DNA of 64,000 bases from the human T2T-CHM13v2.0 reference genome, Homo sapiens. Under the pieces are notes generated by a model. That model saw only the letters and a program-made list of their open reading frames with translations, had not been told where the DNA came from and made no database searches. The translations under genes and the position numbers were made by a program. Positions 1 to 14,000 of this stretch are shown piece by piece. The stretch lies in assembly GCF_009914755.1 (NCBI RefSeq), contig NC_060931.1; one strand, written 5' to 3'. Each line of letters opens with the position of its first letter. Position 1 is the stretch's first letter.

Positions 1-171
1 CTGGCAACCAAGTGCCACTGGCAGGTATCTTACAGCTTAATAGAAGCAGCATTACATTGGTCTAAAAGAAGACAAGAGAATTACAGGCCCATTTTTAGGA
101 GTGGATACACCTCTTTCTATAGGTAGAGGAACTTCTGTCTGGATTTGTGAGTTGGGTGATTTCAGATACTG

Positions 172-480
<309 letters not shown>

Positions 481-1471
481 AGATCAACTGATGTTTTGAG
501 TTCAGATACAGAGTAAATGTAGCTTGTAAAGTACTGGTCATTAGAACCAGAGAATGAACTCTGTCCCTCTTTTAAATCTGGTTGGTTTAGTCTTTTTAGA
601 CACATACCGTTCGGGGACAAAGAGATCGATCAGAATTTTCTTGCCTCCTCGGACGGCATCTGACCTGGCTAGGTTGCGGGGATCTGTTGGAGAGAGAAGC
701 GTGTCATGGATCCCGCATCGAAAACAGCCTTGAAGAGGGCCAGGAGCACGGAGGACCTGGGGAGGGCCCTGACCACTGGACACATCTGCCCTTTGCTCCT
801 CCTTTTTGTCTCTGCTGGTGGCCCTTTCTGCTGTATTCACGCGCCCTCACCACCTCCTGTGTATTCGTGTGCTGGAGTTCAGCCGCCAAGGTGGAGAGAG
901 ACTCCCTGTCGGGGAAGGACTCCGGCCCCAATGCCTCCTCCTCCAGGCCAGGCCGCCATGGTGGGTGGGAAGAGAGGCCACTCCTAGAGAAAGAGACACT
1001 GTCAGTAGGTGTCAGGAGGTGTCCCGGGAGCTCGCCGCGTGGTAACCAACAGACACAGCCCTTCTTGGCATTCAAAGTTGCACCCTGATGCCTGTGAGGG
1101 AGTCGTGACTTTCTGTTACCACTGACCCAGGGCAGAGTTTTAAACAGTGACCTTAAGGCGAAAAGCTCCAGATCTCGTTACTGACCAGTGCAGCCAGCCA
1201 CTGCCTTCCTTCCTTTTTGATTCTAAAAATGACACTCGGGTTTTAGAGGGTTGCTTTTCAGGCAGCCGAAATCCCCGCATGCACCTTCTCGTACATTTCA
1301 GGAGAGAAGAATCAAGTCCATCCACGGTATCCTTGCCCAGGTACCGGTATCCATCAGAGCGTGATTGGGGTTTCAGCAGAGCCAGGCCTGCTTTTCCTGG
1401 CAGAGGCTGGGCCCCTTTAGATTTTTCTTGTAGATTTTGCTTGAGCCTCCCAGCCCTTCCTTGCTCAGCAC

Positions 1472-1499
1472 CTGTGACCCACTGGGTCACAGTGACCCA
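1472..1499. promoter_or_regulatory. Perfect palindromic estrogen response element (GGTCAcagTGACC, 1485-1497) with an extra everted half-site
   Basis: Sequence CTGTGACCCACTGGGTCACAGTGACCCA read directly; function untested. Confidence 0.6.
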
Positions 1500-1699
1500 C
1501 ATCCCATGGCTCTGACCGCAGCTGGACTCATCTCACACTCACGTTCATCACGGCTCCCAGAAGGCACGTGTTTTTAATGAGAGGCTCATTTCCACCACTG
1601 CCCCCCAGCCCTCCGCAGCAAGCCAGTGCAACGCCAGGACAGTCTGCTGACAGGGGAATTGGAGACTGGAGGGAGCAAGTTTTACCTTTTTGGTTTGAC

Positions 1700-1850
1700 C
1701 ATTTAAATTGAAGTCATGCATACAGGGAAAGTTATGCATATAGAAAAATGTACACTTCATACTGCGTGCATTCAATTAATTTGCGCCAAATGAATGCACC
1801 CGTGTCCCCTGCACCCAGATGGAAAATGCCACCAGCACCCTTAATAGCCC
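1700..1850 (-). mobile_element. Old L1M-type 3' end fragment
   Basis: Degenerate resemblance to antisense L1M 3' UTR. Confidence 0.4.
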
Positions 1851-1866
1851 CCACCTGGACCCCTGA

Positions 1867-2410
<544 letters not shown>

Positions 2411-2419
2411 TCAAATTCT

Positions 2420-2540
2420 CATTTTAAAAATTAAGAATCAGACCCAAAAAGAACAAATGACTTGACCATGACTGAGGCCACAGAGCCGAAAATGTCCCCA
2501 TCCTGGAGTCTTACTGTGGCACACTCTCATCTTAACCACA
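2420..2540 (-). mobile_element. MIR fragment
   Basis: Antisense MIR core-like sequence ending CTTAACCAC. Confidence 0.5.
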
Positions 2541-3179
2541 CACTCTAGTTTTATCCTCTCTGTGTCTTTCATAGATTATCAGGAAGCGAAATAACCTGTT
2601 AATATTTTCAAAAGTTCTTATGAAATGTGAAGTGCTGTATAATGATTAAGATAGAAAGGAGAAACTAGGAAACGAGAGCTTTTAATCCTAGCTTACAGGA
2701 AATTCTAACTAGTAGGAAATCTAATTCAGGCAGCGCTGGGAAACATCACAGGCTATGAGATGAAAGTCAGCTAAATTGGGATCTAATTCTATAATCTAAA
2801 TATAGATGTAGATATATTACAGGTTGGCCTTTTCAGCTGGAGAGAGTATCATTCACTCCAAAAGTGCCTTTTGTATCACAGAGAAGAGCGCAGCCAGGGG
2901 TGATATCAGCTGAGGAAGGGGGCGGGCAGCTTGGCGTGAGGGGCTTTCATTCATTCCTTAGTCATCTCTATTTTCTTAAATTTTATAGTAGGAATTATTT
3001 GTGCGTTGTATGTATAATAAACACATGGAAAAGACAAGAGCGAGGAAGGCATCTCAGGAGTGTTTTTGGGAAGGAGGCTGTCATGGCATGTGGGCAGAGG
3101 GAGGTCTGGGAATGGGATTTGCTGGGTCAGAAAGATGTCCATGTTCTTTGCCAATTTGGCATCAGAAATGGCCCACACC

Positions 3180-3786
<607 letters not shown>

Positions 3787-3799
3787 TGCCTGTTTCAGT

Positions 3800-4600
<801 letters not shown>

Positions 4601-5094
4601 TTCTGAATAAAAGAAAATTTTAAAAATCATTTTTGAGCGATGGGAAATGTGAACCAAAAATATGCATAAGGAATTTTTGATTGAAAAACCCAGACGGGGG
4701 CAGGAGTTTGAAATGAACTTCCCCTAAAAGCCAAAACTTGTAGAGGTGGCAGCCTGAGGGCTTTCCAGAGAGCTGTAATTGACTGTTTCTCCCATCAGCC
4801 ACTCTCCTCTTTCTCATAACTTTTTTGGGCAGCCATTAAAGATCTGATGACGAGTGTGAATGTGGCAGCATTTTGGCATTTTGGATGGTGGCATAATTGC
4901 ACATATTGAAAAACTCTAAATTTACATCGGTGGATCCAGTGCGTCTCATTATACTGGAGGTGTGAAAACTCCATGTGCCTCTTTGAACAATTGTCCTGCT
5001 CTGTCACAGTTCAGGGGAAACAAAAGTAGCTCCAACTTCCCGAGATTTAAATTTGACTTTATTCCATTTAGTTGATATTGTAACTAGAATTTGA

Positions 5095-5452
<358 letters not shown>

Positions 5453-5656
5453 TTATCTCTCCACTCCCGAAGATGTATCAACCCACAAGGAACTTCCTTC
5501 CAGCCCTTACTTAAAACATTGCTCTTTTTCCAGCTCCAGATATTCCCTACATTGGCTGCCACTCCTCCTTGTCTCTGTTCAGTCTTGGAAAATTGGTTTG
5601 GTCCAAGCTGAAGCTATTCTTTGAAGAAATACCATTATTTTTAAATAAAAGGATTC

Positions 5657-6014
5657 CCCAGCCTGGACAGTGTAGCAAGACCCCATCTCTACCAAAAAAT
5701 CAAAACTTTAGCCAGGCATGATGGTGCACACCTGTAGTCCCAGCTATTTGGGAGGGTGATGCAAGAGAATGGTTTGAGCCCAAGAGATCGAGGCTGCAGG
5801 TTAGCTATGATCGTGCCACTGTACTCCAGCCTGGGCAACAGAGTGAAACCGTGGCTCAAAATAAATAAATAACATAAAAAGATTCTCCTTTGAGAGAATC
5901 GCTTGAACCCAGGAGGCAGAGGCTGCAGTGAGTCGAGATTGCACCACTGCACTCTAGCCTGGGTGACAGAGTGAGACTCTGCTCAAAAAATAATAATAAT
6001 AAATAAATAAAAAA
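5657..6014 (+). mobile_element. 5'-truncated AluJ (5657-5880) followed by an Alu right arm (5891-6014)
   Basis: Alu consensus; AAAA(G)GATTC target motif present three times. Confidence 0.88.
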
Positions 6015-6344
6015 GATTCCTCCTTCCAGGAGCCAAGAACTAGGAATTTCAAGCTGCAATCTTGCTTTTTAAGCATGGTTATATATGGGGGGTCAGCAGA
6101 ATGTGTGAAAATTATTGAAAAGTAAAGCATGAGATGTGACTGAGCTCTTGAGAGCAGACCACTTTCCCCTTCTTAAAACGTTTTTTTTTTCCCTGACCCC
6201 TGTCTGAGATACAGGCTCTCCTGGTTCGGCCCACCTTGCCCATCACTCTGCTGGGTCCCCACTCGCGCCCTGCACCTGAGGTTAGAGGGCACATAAGTCT
6301 CGGGGACCTGCCCTTTGATATCTACAAGACCCTGTCCTCAGGGG

Positions 6345-7190
6345 ATCCCATCGACTCTCGTGGCTTAAAATACCATCCACAGAAGGATGGCGTCTATATT
6401 TATATTAACCCAAATATTCAACTGAATATTCAACATCTCTACTTGGAAAGACATCTCCGGCTTCACATGGCTTCAAAAGAGAACTGTTGACCCCTCCCAC
6501 ACACACCGCCTGCACCACCAATCCCAGTCCCCCTGTCACCTCGGGAAATGGCGTCACCACCCAGGGGCTGCTCAGGCTAAAACCTAGGTGTGCCCTGGGG
6601 CTCCCCCTCCTCTCCCCCGACATGCCTGGTCCACCAGCAAGCCCGTCCTTCCTCCTGGATACACCTGGGCTCCCAGCTACACGCTGTCACCTTGGCCCAA
6701 GCCACTGTCATGGCCACCCCACCACCACTTCCGTTCTTGGCTGCCTTCTGTCCATTCTCTTTCCCCAGCGGCCTCAGTTTTATTTCTAACGAATGCAGTT
6801 CAGATCTTTCCGTCTCCCTGCTAGACCCTCTGATGTCTTTCCATCCAACCTTCCACATTCTGTGACCCCACGTCGCCCTCACTGGCTGGGCCACGGCCCC
6901 TCTAGCCCCGGTCTTCACCCTTGAACCTGCCTAGCCTCTGTCCTCCTCCTCTGCGCCCCGTGGCTTCTTCCACTTTCTTCCACCTGGCTCACCCGGAATT
7001 CCAGCTACTTGTGCTCTTCCTGTCACACATTGCCTGGTGTGTCATTTCCATCTCTGTCTACCTTTCCCTCCTAGAATGCCATTCCCATGAGAGCACTTTC
7101 AGGCCACTTCACGGCGTACGTCCAGCCCCAGGCACAGAGCCCGGGGTATCATAGGTGCACAGTAAACATCTGTTGATGGGCTGGCTGGAT
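6345..7190. mobile_element. L2 fragments including the L2 3' end
   Basis: L2-like text ending ...GGCACAGAGCCCGG...TAGGTGCACAGTAAACATCTGTTGATG. Confidence 0.55.
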
Positions 7191-7855
7191 TCTATGTGGG
7201 AAGCATAATGACCAGTGGTCACAAATTACTGGGGCCAGAGGGGCGCTGCCTGGTGTTAACCGCCTGGTGCCTGCCCTACCTTTAAAGCCAAGAGTGTCCA
7301 TTTAATGAGCAAGAAGCAGAAATCCTGGGCAAGCAGTGCAGATGTAGGCTCTCGGGAACATGTTGACCACTCAGAAAACCTTCCAGGAGGTGAGTACCAG
7401 GAGATGGAGGTGCTCTAGACTGTGATGCTGGGAAAGGATTGTGGGCTAGAAAAAGGGCTCCCTAGGGCCGGCATATGGGCCACTGGGTGGAAGAGGGGCT
7501 CTGAGACCTCACCCTGGAGCAGGTCATCACCCACACCGAAGGAATGAAGCGTGAATTCGGTCACGCTTAAAATGTTGAATTGTTGGCAAAAGCCCAAGTT
7601 AATGAAATAGCATGGAAAATGGATGTGATGAGATTTTTGAATTGTAATTAGATTAACATTGTCACTAGTTATCAGTCTGATATATCTTATAAATCAAACG
7701 TTGGGTTGATTTATCTTTTATCACTTCTAGGGACTTACTCCTAACAGTAACTCACAAACCAGCCCCAAATCAGAGCTGGTAGGATGGGCTCCCAGCTATC
7801 TTTAGGAGGTTTGTTGGTTTGGGGAAGACAGCTCCCCCTTGGCAGGGCTCAGGTG

Positions 7856-8168
7856 TTTTCTTTCTTTTTTCTTTTTTTTTTGAGACGGAGTCTTGCTCTG
7901 TCATCCAGGCTGGAGTGTAGTAGCACAATGTCGGTTCACTGCAACCTCCACCTCCTGAGTTCAAGCAATTCTCATGCCTCAGCCTCCCGAGTAGCTGGCA
8001 CTACAGGTGCCCACCACCATGCCCAGCTAATTTTTGTATTTTTAATAGAGATAGGGTTTTACCATGTTAACAGGCCAGGCTGGTCACGAACTCCTGACCT
8101 TAGGTGATCCACCCGCCTTGGCCTCCCAAAGTGCTGGGATTACAGGCGTGAGCCACCGTGTCCGGCTG
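7856..8168 (-). mobile_element. AluS
   Basis: Alu consensus; TSD GGTGTTTT. Confidence 0.92.
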
Positions 8169-8412
8169 GGTGTTTTATTTCTTCGTCTGTTATTCAGGAA
8201 CTTTGTTTCCAGCGCTGTGAGTATGAGTACAGGCCCAGGGCTGGGTGACAGAGTGCGGAGAGCGGGGCCCTACCCTTGAGCTGTTTCTGGAAGGGCTCCC
8301 AGCCAGCACCGGGCTTAGGGAGCAGTGCCCTGCAGTGTCATTCTGGGCCAGGGAGGTTGTGATGAATATTATTCTCAACAGAGGGTCCCCAGGGCAGTGA
8401 TGCCACTACTCA

Positions 8413-8740
<328 letters not shown>

Positions 8741-9205
8741 TCTTCATTTTGAAGAATCTGACCAGTTCTCTACCTGGCACTTGAGTGAAAAATGACACAA
8801 TCCAAAGTAGGTGGCAGATTGGTTCTCACTCAGGCAGACCCTGGAGACACCTCTCCCGCTTCTGACTCAGGGGAGAGTGCGGTGACATAAACCACCTTCT
8901 TCTGCTCTAGGCCAGCTTGTAACTGTTCAGCCAGCCAGCCGTCTCCTAACTCTGTGACCCCCGGCCCAAGAACAGGGCTCCTGAAGGCCCCGAGAACCAG
9001 CCCGCCGTCCGCACGGATGTACCTGGAAGCCACAGTGCCCCACACCCCGTGGGACTTTCTCCCGAACACAGCACCTGCGCTTCCTGACTCCTCTCTCTGA
9101 ATCTGGCCTTTGAGTTCAATGTCCTGGGAACTTAACTCTAGGGATGCTCTTTCCCCCTTTAGCTACCGAGTCACATGCTGCGTCTTTGGAAATTTCAGGC
9201 AATAT

Positions 9206-9253
9206 TTAGTTTGGTGCAAAAGTCATTGTGGTTTTTGCAATTAATTGCAAAAA
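9206..9253. mobile_element. MADE1 (Hsmar1-derived MITE) fragment
   Basis: TTAGTTTGGTGCAAAAGTCATTGTGGTTTTTGC matches the MADE1/Hsmar1 TIR. Confidence 0.8.
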
Positions 9254-9831
9254 TAATAAATGGAAAAATGAATTTGTGGACATCAGGCTTGCCTAGGGAG
9301 ATGACCTAGGGAGAGGCCTCTTTTGGCATAGCTCCTGAACAGGGAGAGGTCCTGACATGAATACCCCCCGTTTTGTGAATCCTGAGCCAGTACTGTGTCC
9401 CCGGCCCCCTCCTCCCCCAACCTATACACACGCCTCACTTTCCCTTGCAGGACGTTTTCTACCACAGTTCCTCTCTCCTGACATAGTATGTGTTTGTTTC
9501 TTACTTGTCTTGCCGCATGAGGATGTAAGTTGCCTGAATTCAAAAACATGTCTTCTTTTTTGTGAATGAAAGAGTGGCTGGCATGTAGCAGGTACTGAAA
9601 TTATTTGTAGAGTGAATGATAAATCTCAGTTCAGGGCACTCAGTGTGGCCTGGGCTACGTGGAATAGCCAATTGGTGGCCACAGAGAGTGGCCAGCCATT
9701 CCCAGGCTGGCAATGTGAGTCTTAGCCACTCTCTTTTACAGATAATGTGCTTATTAAAATGATATCCCAGGCATTCCCCAGTGGTGTTTGAATCGTGAAT
9801 GCAAATGTCAGAGGCTCTGAAGTTTAAAGTC

Positions 9832-10190
<359 letters not shown>

Positions 10191-10625
10191 TTAACTGTTG
10201 CTTTCTGTATTCACCAAGATGGCCTAAAATAAGCAAGCAGAAAAGGGAAGAAAGAAAACCAAACCCATGAGGTTGTCCAAGTCGATCTTGGCAGGTATTT
10301 TCTTGCCTGTTGATTGCTAGAGTTTCCCTCTACCTGCATTGCAGGCTGAAATGTATGACTCAGCCCTGACCAATAACATAGCAGTAAAAAGTAGTTTCCC
10401 CTGAGAGCTTTCTCTTCCTCCATAGCTGTGACTGCTGACATCTTCCACTGTAAGTGAGAAAAGTTGAGTGTGCCCTGCTGCCTCGTTTTTCTCACCAAGG
10501 TGTTATGAGCTGGTAGGGAAGGCCAGGAGCTAGGGCAGCAGCTTTAGAATTAGTGCAAGAGACAGGAGGACAAGTCACTGGGTCTCCTGAATTTCCTCAC
10601 CTGCAAAACAGGGACAGTTTTTAAA

Positions 10626-10927
10626 TTTCTTTTTTTTTTCTTTTTTTCTTTTTTGTTTGAGATGGAGTCTTGCTCTGTCGCCCAGGCTGGAGTACTGTGT
10701 TGTGATCTTGGCTTACTGCAACCTCTGCCTCCCAGGCTTAGGTGATTCTCATGCCTCAGCCTCCTGAGTAGCTGGGATTACAGATGCGGGCCACCATGCC
10801 CGGCTAATTTTTGTATTTTTAGCAGAGATGAGGTTTCACCATGTTGGTTAGGCTGGTCTTGAACTCCTGGCCTGAAACGATCTGCCTGCCTCGGCCTCTC
10901 AAAGTGCTGGGATTACAGGTGTGAGCC
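10626..10927 (-). mobile_element. AluS inserted into a MIR
   Basis: Alu consensus; TSD AACAGGGACAGTTTT; MIR text on both flanks. Confidence 0.9.
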
Positions 10928-10936
10928 AACAGGGAC

Positions 10937-11130
10937 TTTTTTTTTTTTATTATACTTTAAGTTCTAGGATACATGTGCACAACGTGCAGGTTTGTTACAT
11001 ATGTATATATGTACCATGTTGGTGTGCTGCACCCATTAACTCGTCATTTACATTAGGTATATCTCCTAATGCTATCCCTCCCCCCTCCCCCCACCCCATG
11101 ACAAGCCCCGGTGTGTGATGTTCTCCTTCC
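10937..11130 (-). mobile_element. 5'-truncated L1PA (about PA4-PA5) 3' end
   Basis: Poly-T then TTATACTTTAAGTTCTAGG...TTACATTAGGTATATCTCCTAATGCTATCCCTCCCC; TSD CCAACAGGGAC at 10926-10936 and 11131-11141. Confidence 0.93.
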
Positions 11131-12095
11131 CCAACAGGGACAGTTTTAATCAATCCCCTTTCTGGGTGGTGTCAGGACACCCACAGAGGTGTGGGTCTAA
11201 GCGCTTTGTGAGTGTCCACGTCCTGTGCCTAAGGAAAGCACTAGTCATTCATTCACCCAACAGTTCCTGACGGCCCACCTCAACAGGAAGGAATATTATA
11301 CAGCCACTAAAATGTAAAATCACCAGTGCTGTTCAGAAGGACGGAGATGTTTATGTCATTGGCTGTGTGACCAAAAGAAAAAGTTCTGCTGGGGATGTGG
11401 GATGGGCATATACGTGTTTTGAATATAAGATCTTTCTTTAATGCTGTTATATTTGGTCTCCATAAAATAATTATTCTTTGGGTGACAACCTCTTAGAAAA
11501 AGAAAGACAAAAGCAGCTATTTGCATAAACCTCAGCCCAGGTGTGGTCTCCAGCCCCAGGAAACTTCTCTAACACCCCTCCCATCCTCCCACCAGTGGTT
11601 CCTCCCTCGGTGGCATGAGGTGGTTCAGTTTTTTTCCTCTGTGCCCACCCTGGGGTGCCCTGGGCCCATGGCCACTGACTGCAGTGAACAATTATGTGTG
11701 AGTCTGTTAGTTCATTTGCATTGCTATAAAGAAATACCCGAGGCTGAGTAATTTATGAAGAAAAGAGGTTTACTTGGCCCATGGTTCTGCAGGTTGTACA
11801 AGAAGCATGACGCCAGCATCTGCTGCTGGTGAGGCCTCAGGAAGCTTCCAGTCATGATGGAAGGCAAAGAGGACTTGACATATCACATGGGGAGAGAGAG
11901 AGTGAGAAGGGGGAGGTCCCAGACTCTTTTAAACAACCAGATCTCACAAGAACTCAGAGCAAGAATTCACTCATTACCAGGAGGTGGGCACCAAGCCATT
12001 CATGAGCAATCTGCCCTCATGGCCCAAACACCTCCCACCAGGCCCCACCTCCAACACTGGGGATCACATTTCAACATGAAATTTGGAGGGGACAC

Positions 12096-12286
12096 TAGCC
12101 GGGTGTGGTGGCATGTACCTGTAATCTCAGTTACTCAGGAGGCTGAGGCAGGAAAATCGCTTGAACCCGGGAGGCAGAGGTTACAGTGAGCTGAGATTGT
12201 GCCACTGCACTACAGCCTGGGTGACAGAGCTGAGACTGCACCACTGCACTCCAGCCTGGGTGACAGAGCAAGACTCTGTCCCCCCC

Positions 12287-12318
<32 letters not shown>
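12096..12318 (+). mobile_element. Alu right arm with an internal 39-bp tandem duplication
   Basis: GAGCTGAGA..CCACTGCACT.CAGCCTGGGTGACA at 12188-12226 and 12227-12265. Confidence 0.88.
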
Positions 12319-12372
<54 letters not shown>

Positions 12373-12400
12373 TATATGTGTGTGTGTGTGTGTGTGTGTG
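12288..12400. repeat. Compound microsatellite A31-(TA)22-(CA)5-TATA-(TG)12
   Basis: Read directly. Confidence 0.95.
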
Positions 12401-13801
12401 TTAGGGGACAGATGTCCAAAGTGTGTCAGTGTCCATCATGGCTATTAGACTGTCAGGCATTGAATATGGGCCCATGTTTTATTTCTCTTTATTTCCTCAT
12501 TGTTGAACACATGGGTGTGCCTCCTATGGATGGGACCAGTGGCTGACTCACCTTTCCAAACTTGCATCCTGATGATCTGTAAAGTGTACCCACCCTGTAA
12601 GATTGTCGTGGGACAATGTAGATAAAAACCTCGATATACAGCCTAGTACACAAAGGACGGTGTAAATATTCTCTTCCGTGCTTCGTAGATTTCATTTTTG
12701 AACGCTCAGATTGTTCTCCGGCAAAAAAAAAAAAAAAAAAAAAGTGCTTGCAGTGAGAACCTGCCCTGCACTCTCAGGCGAGCTGTTGGGTGCAAGTCCT
12801 GCAGGACTGAGCTCTGAAGGCCACCCACACCCTGGGTTGTGCTTGGATGATGGCATCCCTCCTGGCACAAGCGCAGATGGGCAGTCGGGAGGGAACATCA
12901 GCCTGGGAAAACTAGATGTCAGTGAAAAATGCTGGAGGTGGCTGGCGTTCGCAAAACTCAGTCGTAAAAAACAGCACGTTCTCAGTACAAAATGAGCACT
13001 GTTAAAAATAAACCGCGCAAGAAGAAATATATGAATACGAGGGCATGGCAAACAGTTTTGCAAGGTATTAAGATCGCATTAATCTTAATTTTATTATATA
13101 TTAAAGTTTCTAACTTTTCAAATAATGCAGTTTTCGTTGTTTTAAAACGTCTGAGAATTATAGAGCTATTTGGTGTGGCTCTCAGGCAAGGACTCCTGCC
13201 ATTTATTGGGGCCCTGGTTTTATTTAATAGCCAGATGAATGGAATAGTTAATAAAAGAAATATTGCTTTATTCCCTGACATTTATGTCCTTGGTTTCCAA
13301 TAAAGAATTGAAATTATGAATAGTTGATGGTTTAAATTGATGTTTTATGTTGAACGCTAGCTATAATTTGCCCTCTGAGGATTGTAATACCGAGAAACAG
13401 ATGGTTTCTCACAGTAACAAATTGCTATGTGTATACACGCTATAGTCTTGGCTTTCAGATACTTTCACCTTTGGTTCTGAGCTGCTCTGCAGACGGGAGA
13501 GGGGGGTCGTGCGGGGAGATCAGCCTCTGGAGGAAGGGGTTTCCTGCCCTGTGGGGGAGACACAGACAGGCCCTGGGGGTTCAGGGAAACTGGGGAAATG
13601 TAGCTAGCCTGGCATGGTGTCAGTACCTGGGGCCAAGAGGAGCGTTCTGTCCACGATCATGGTGGCAGCTGCAAGGTAGTGCCTGCAGGACTGCTGTGCA
13701 TGTGGCTGTTTGACACCATGCCGTGCTGCAAACTCCACATCTTCCTAGAACAACCAGGAGAATGCCGTGGAGACTTGTTGCCAGATTTTTGCAGTTGCCC
13801 T

Positions 13802-14000
13802 GCAGTGGAGAGGTTAAGAGCTTGGACTCCGGAGCCAGGTGGCTGGGCCACTTTGGGGGAAGTTTCCCAAATTCCCACATCTCAGTTTCCTCATCTGTAA
13901 AATGTGCATAAGAGCAAAAGCCACCACCCTGTTTTGAGGATTCAGTAAAACCATCCCTCTAACACAACACTGAGCCCAGTGCCGGGTATGGTGTCAGTGT
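13802..14000 (+). mobile_element. MIR
   Basis: GGTTAAGAGC...CTCAGTTTCCTCATCTGTAAAATG core. Confidence 0.8.

Larger units (their letters stand above)
11696..12428 (-). mobile_element. MST-family (ERVL-MaLR) solo LTR interrupted near its end by an Alu and a microsatellite
   Basis: CATTGCTATAAAGAAATACC...GGTTCTGCAGG...AGGCCCCACCTCCAACACTGGGGATCAC; the LTR end resumes after 12400. Confidence 0.85.

Noticed and set aside
687-1515. Overlapping 80-130 aa ORFs on both strands in GC-richer unique DNA
   Set aside because: No recognisable protein family, and multiple open frames are expected at this composition.
7288-7389. Possible cryptic or poison exon ending at a strong GAG|GTGAGT donor
   Set aside because: The acceptor (AAG with a poor pyrimidine tract) is weak, and such pseudo-exons are common in large introns.
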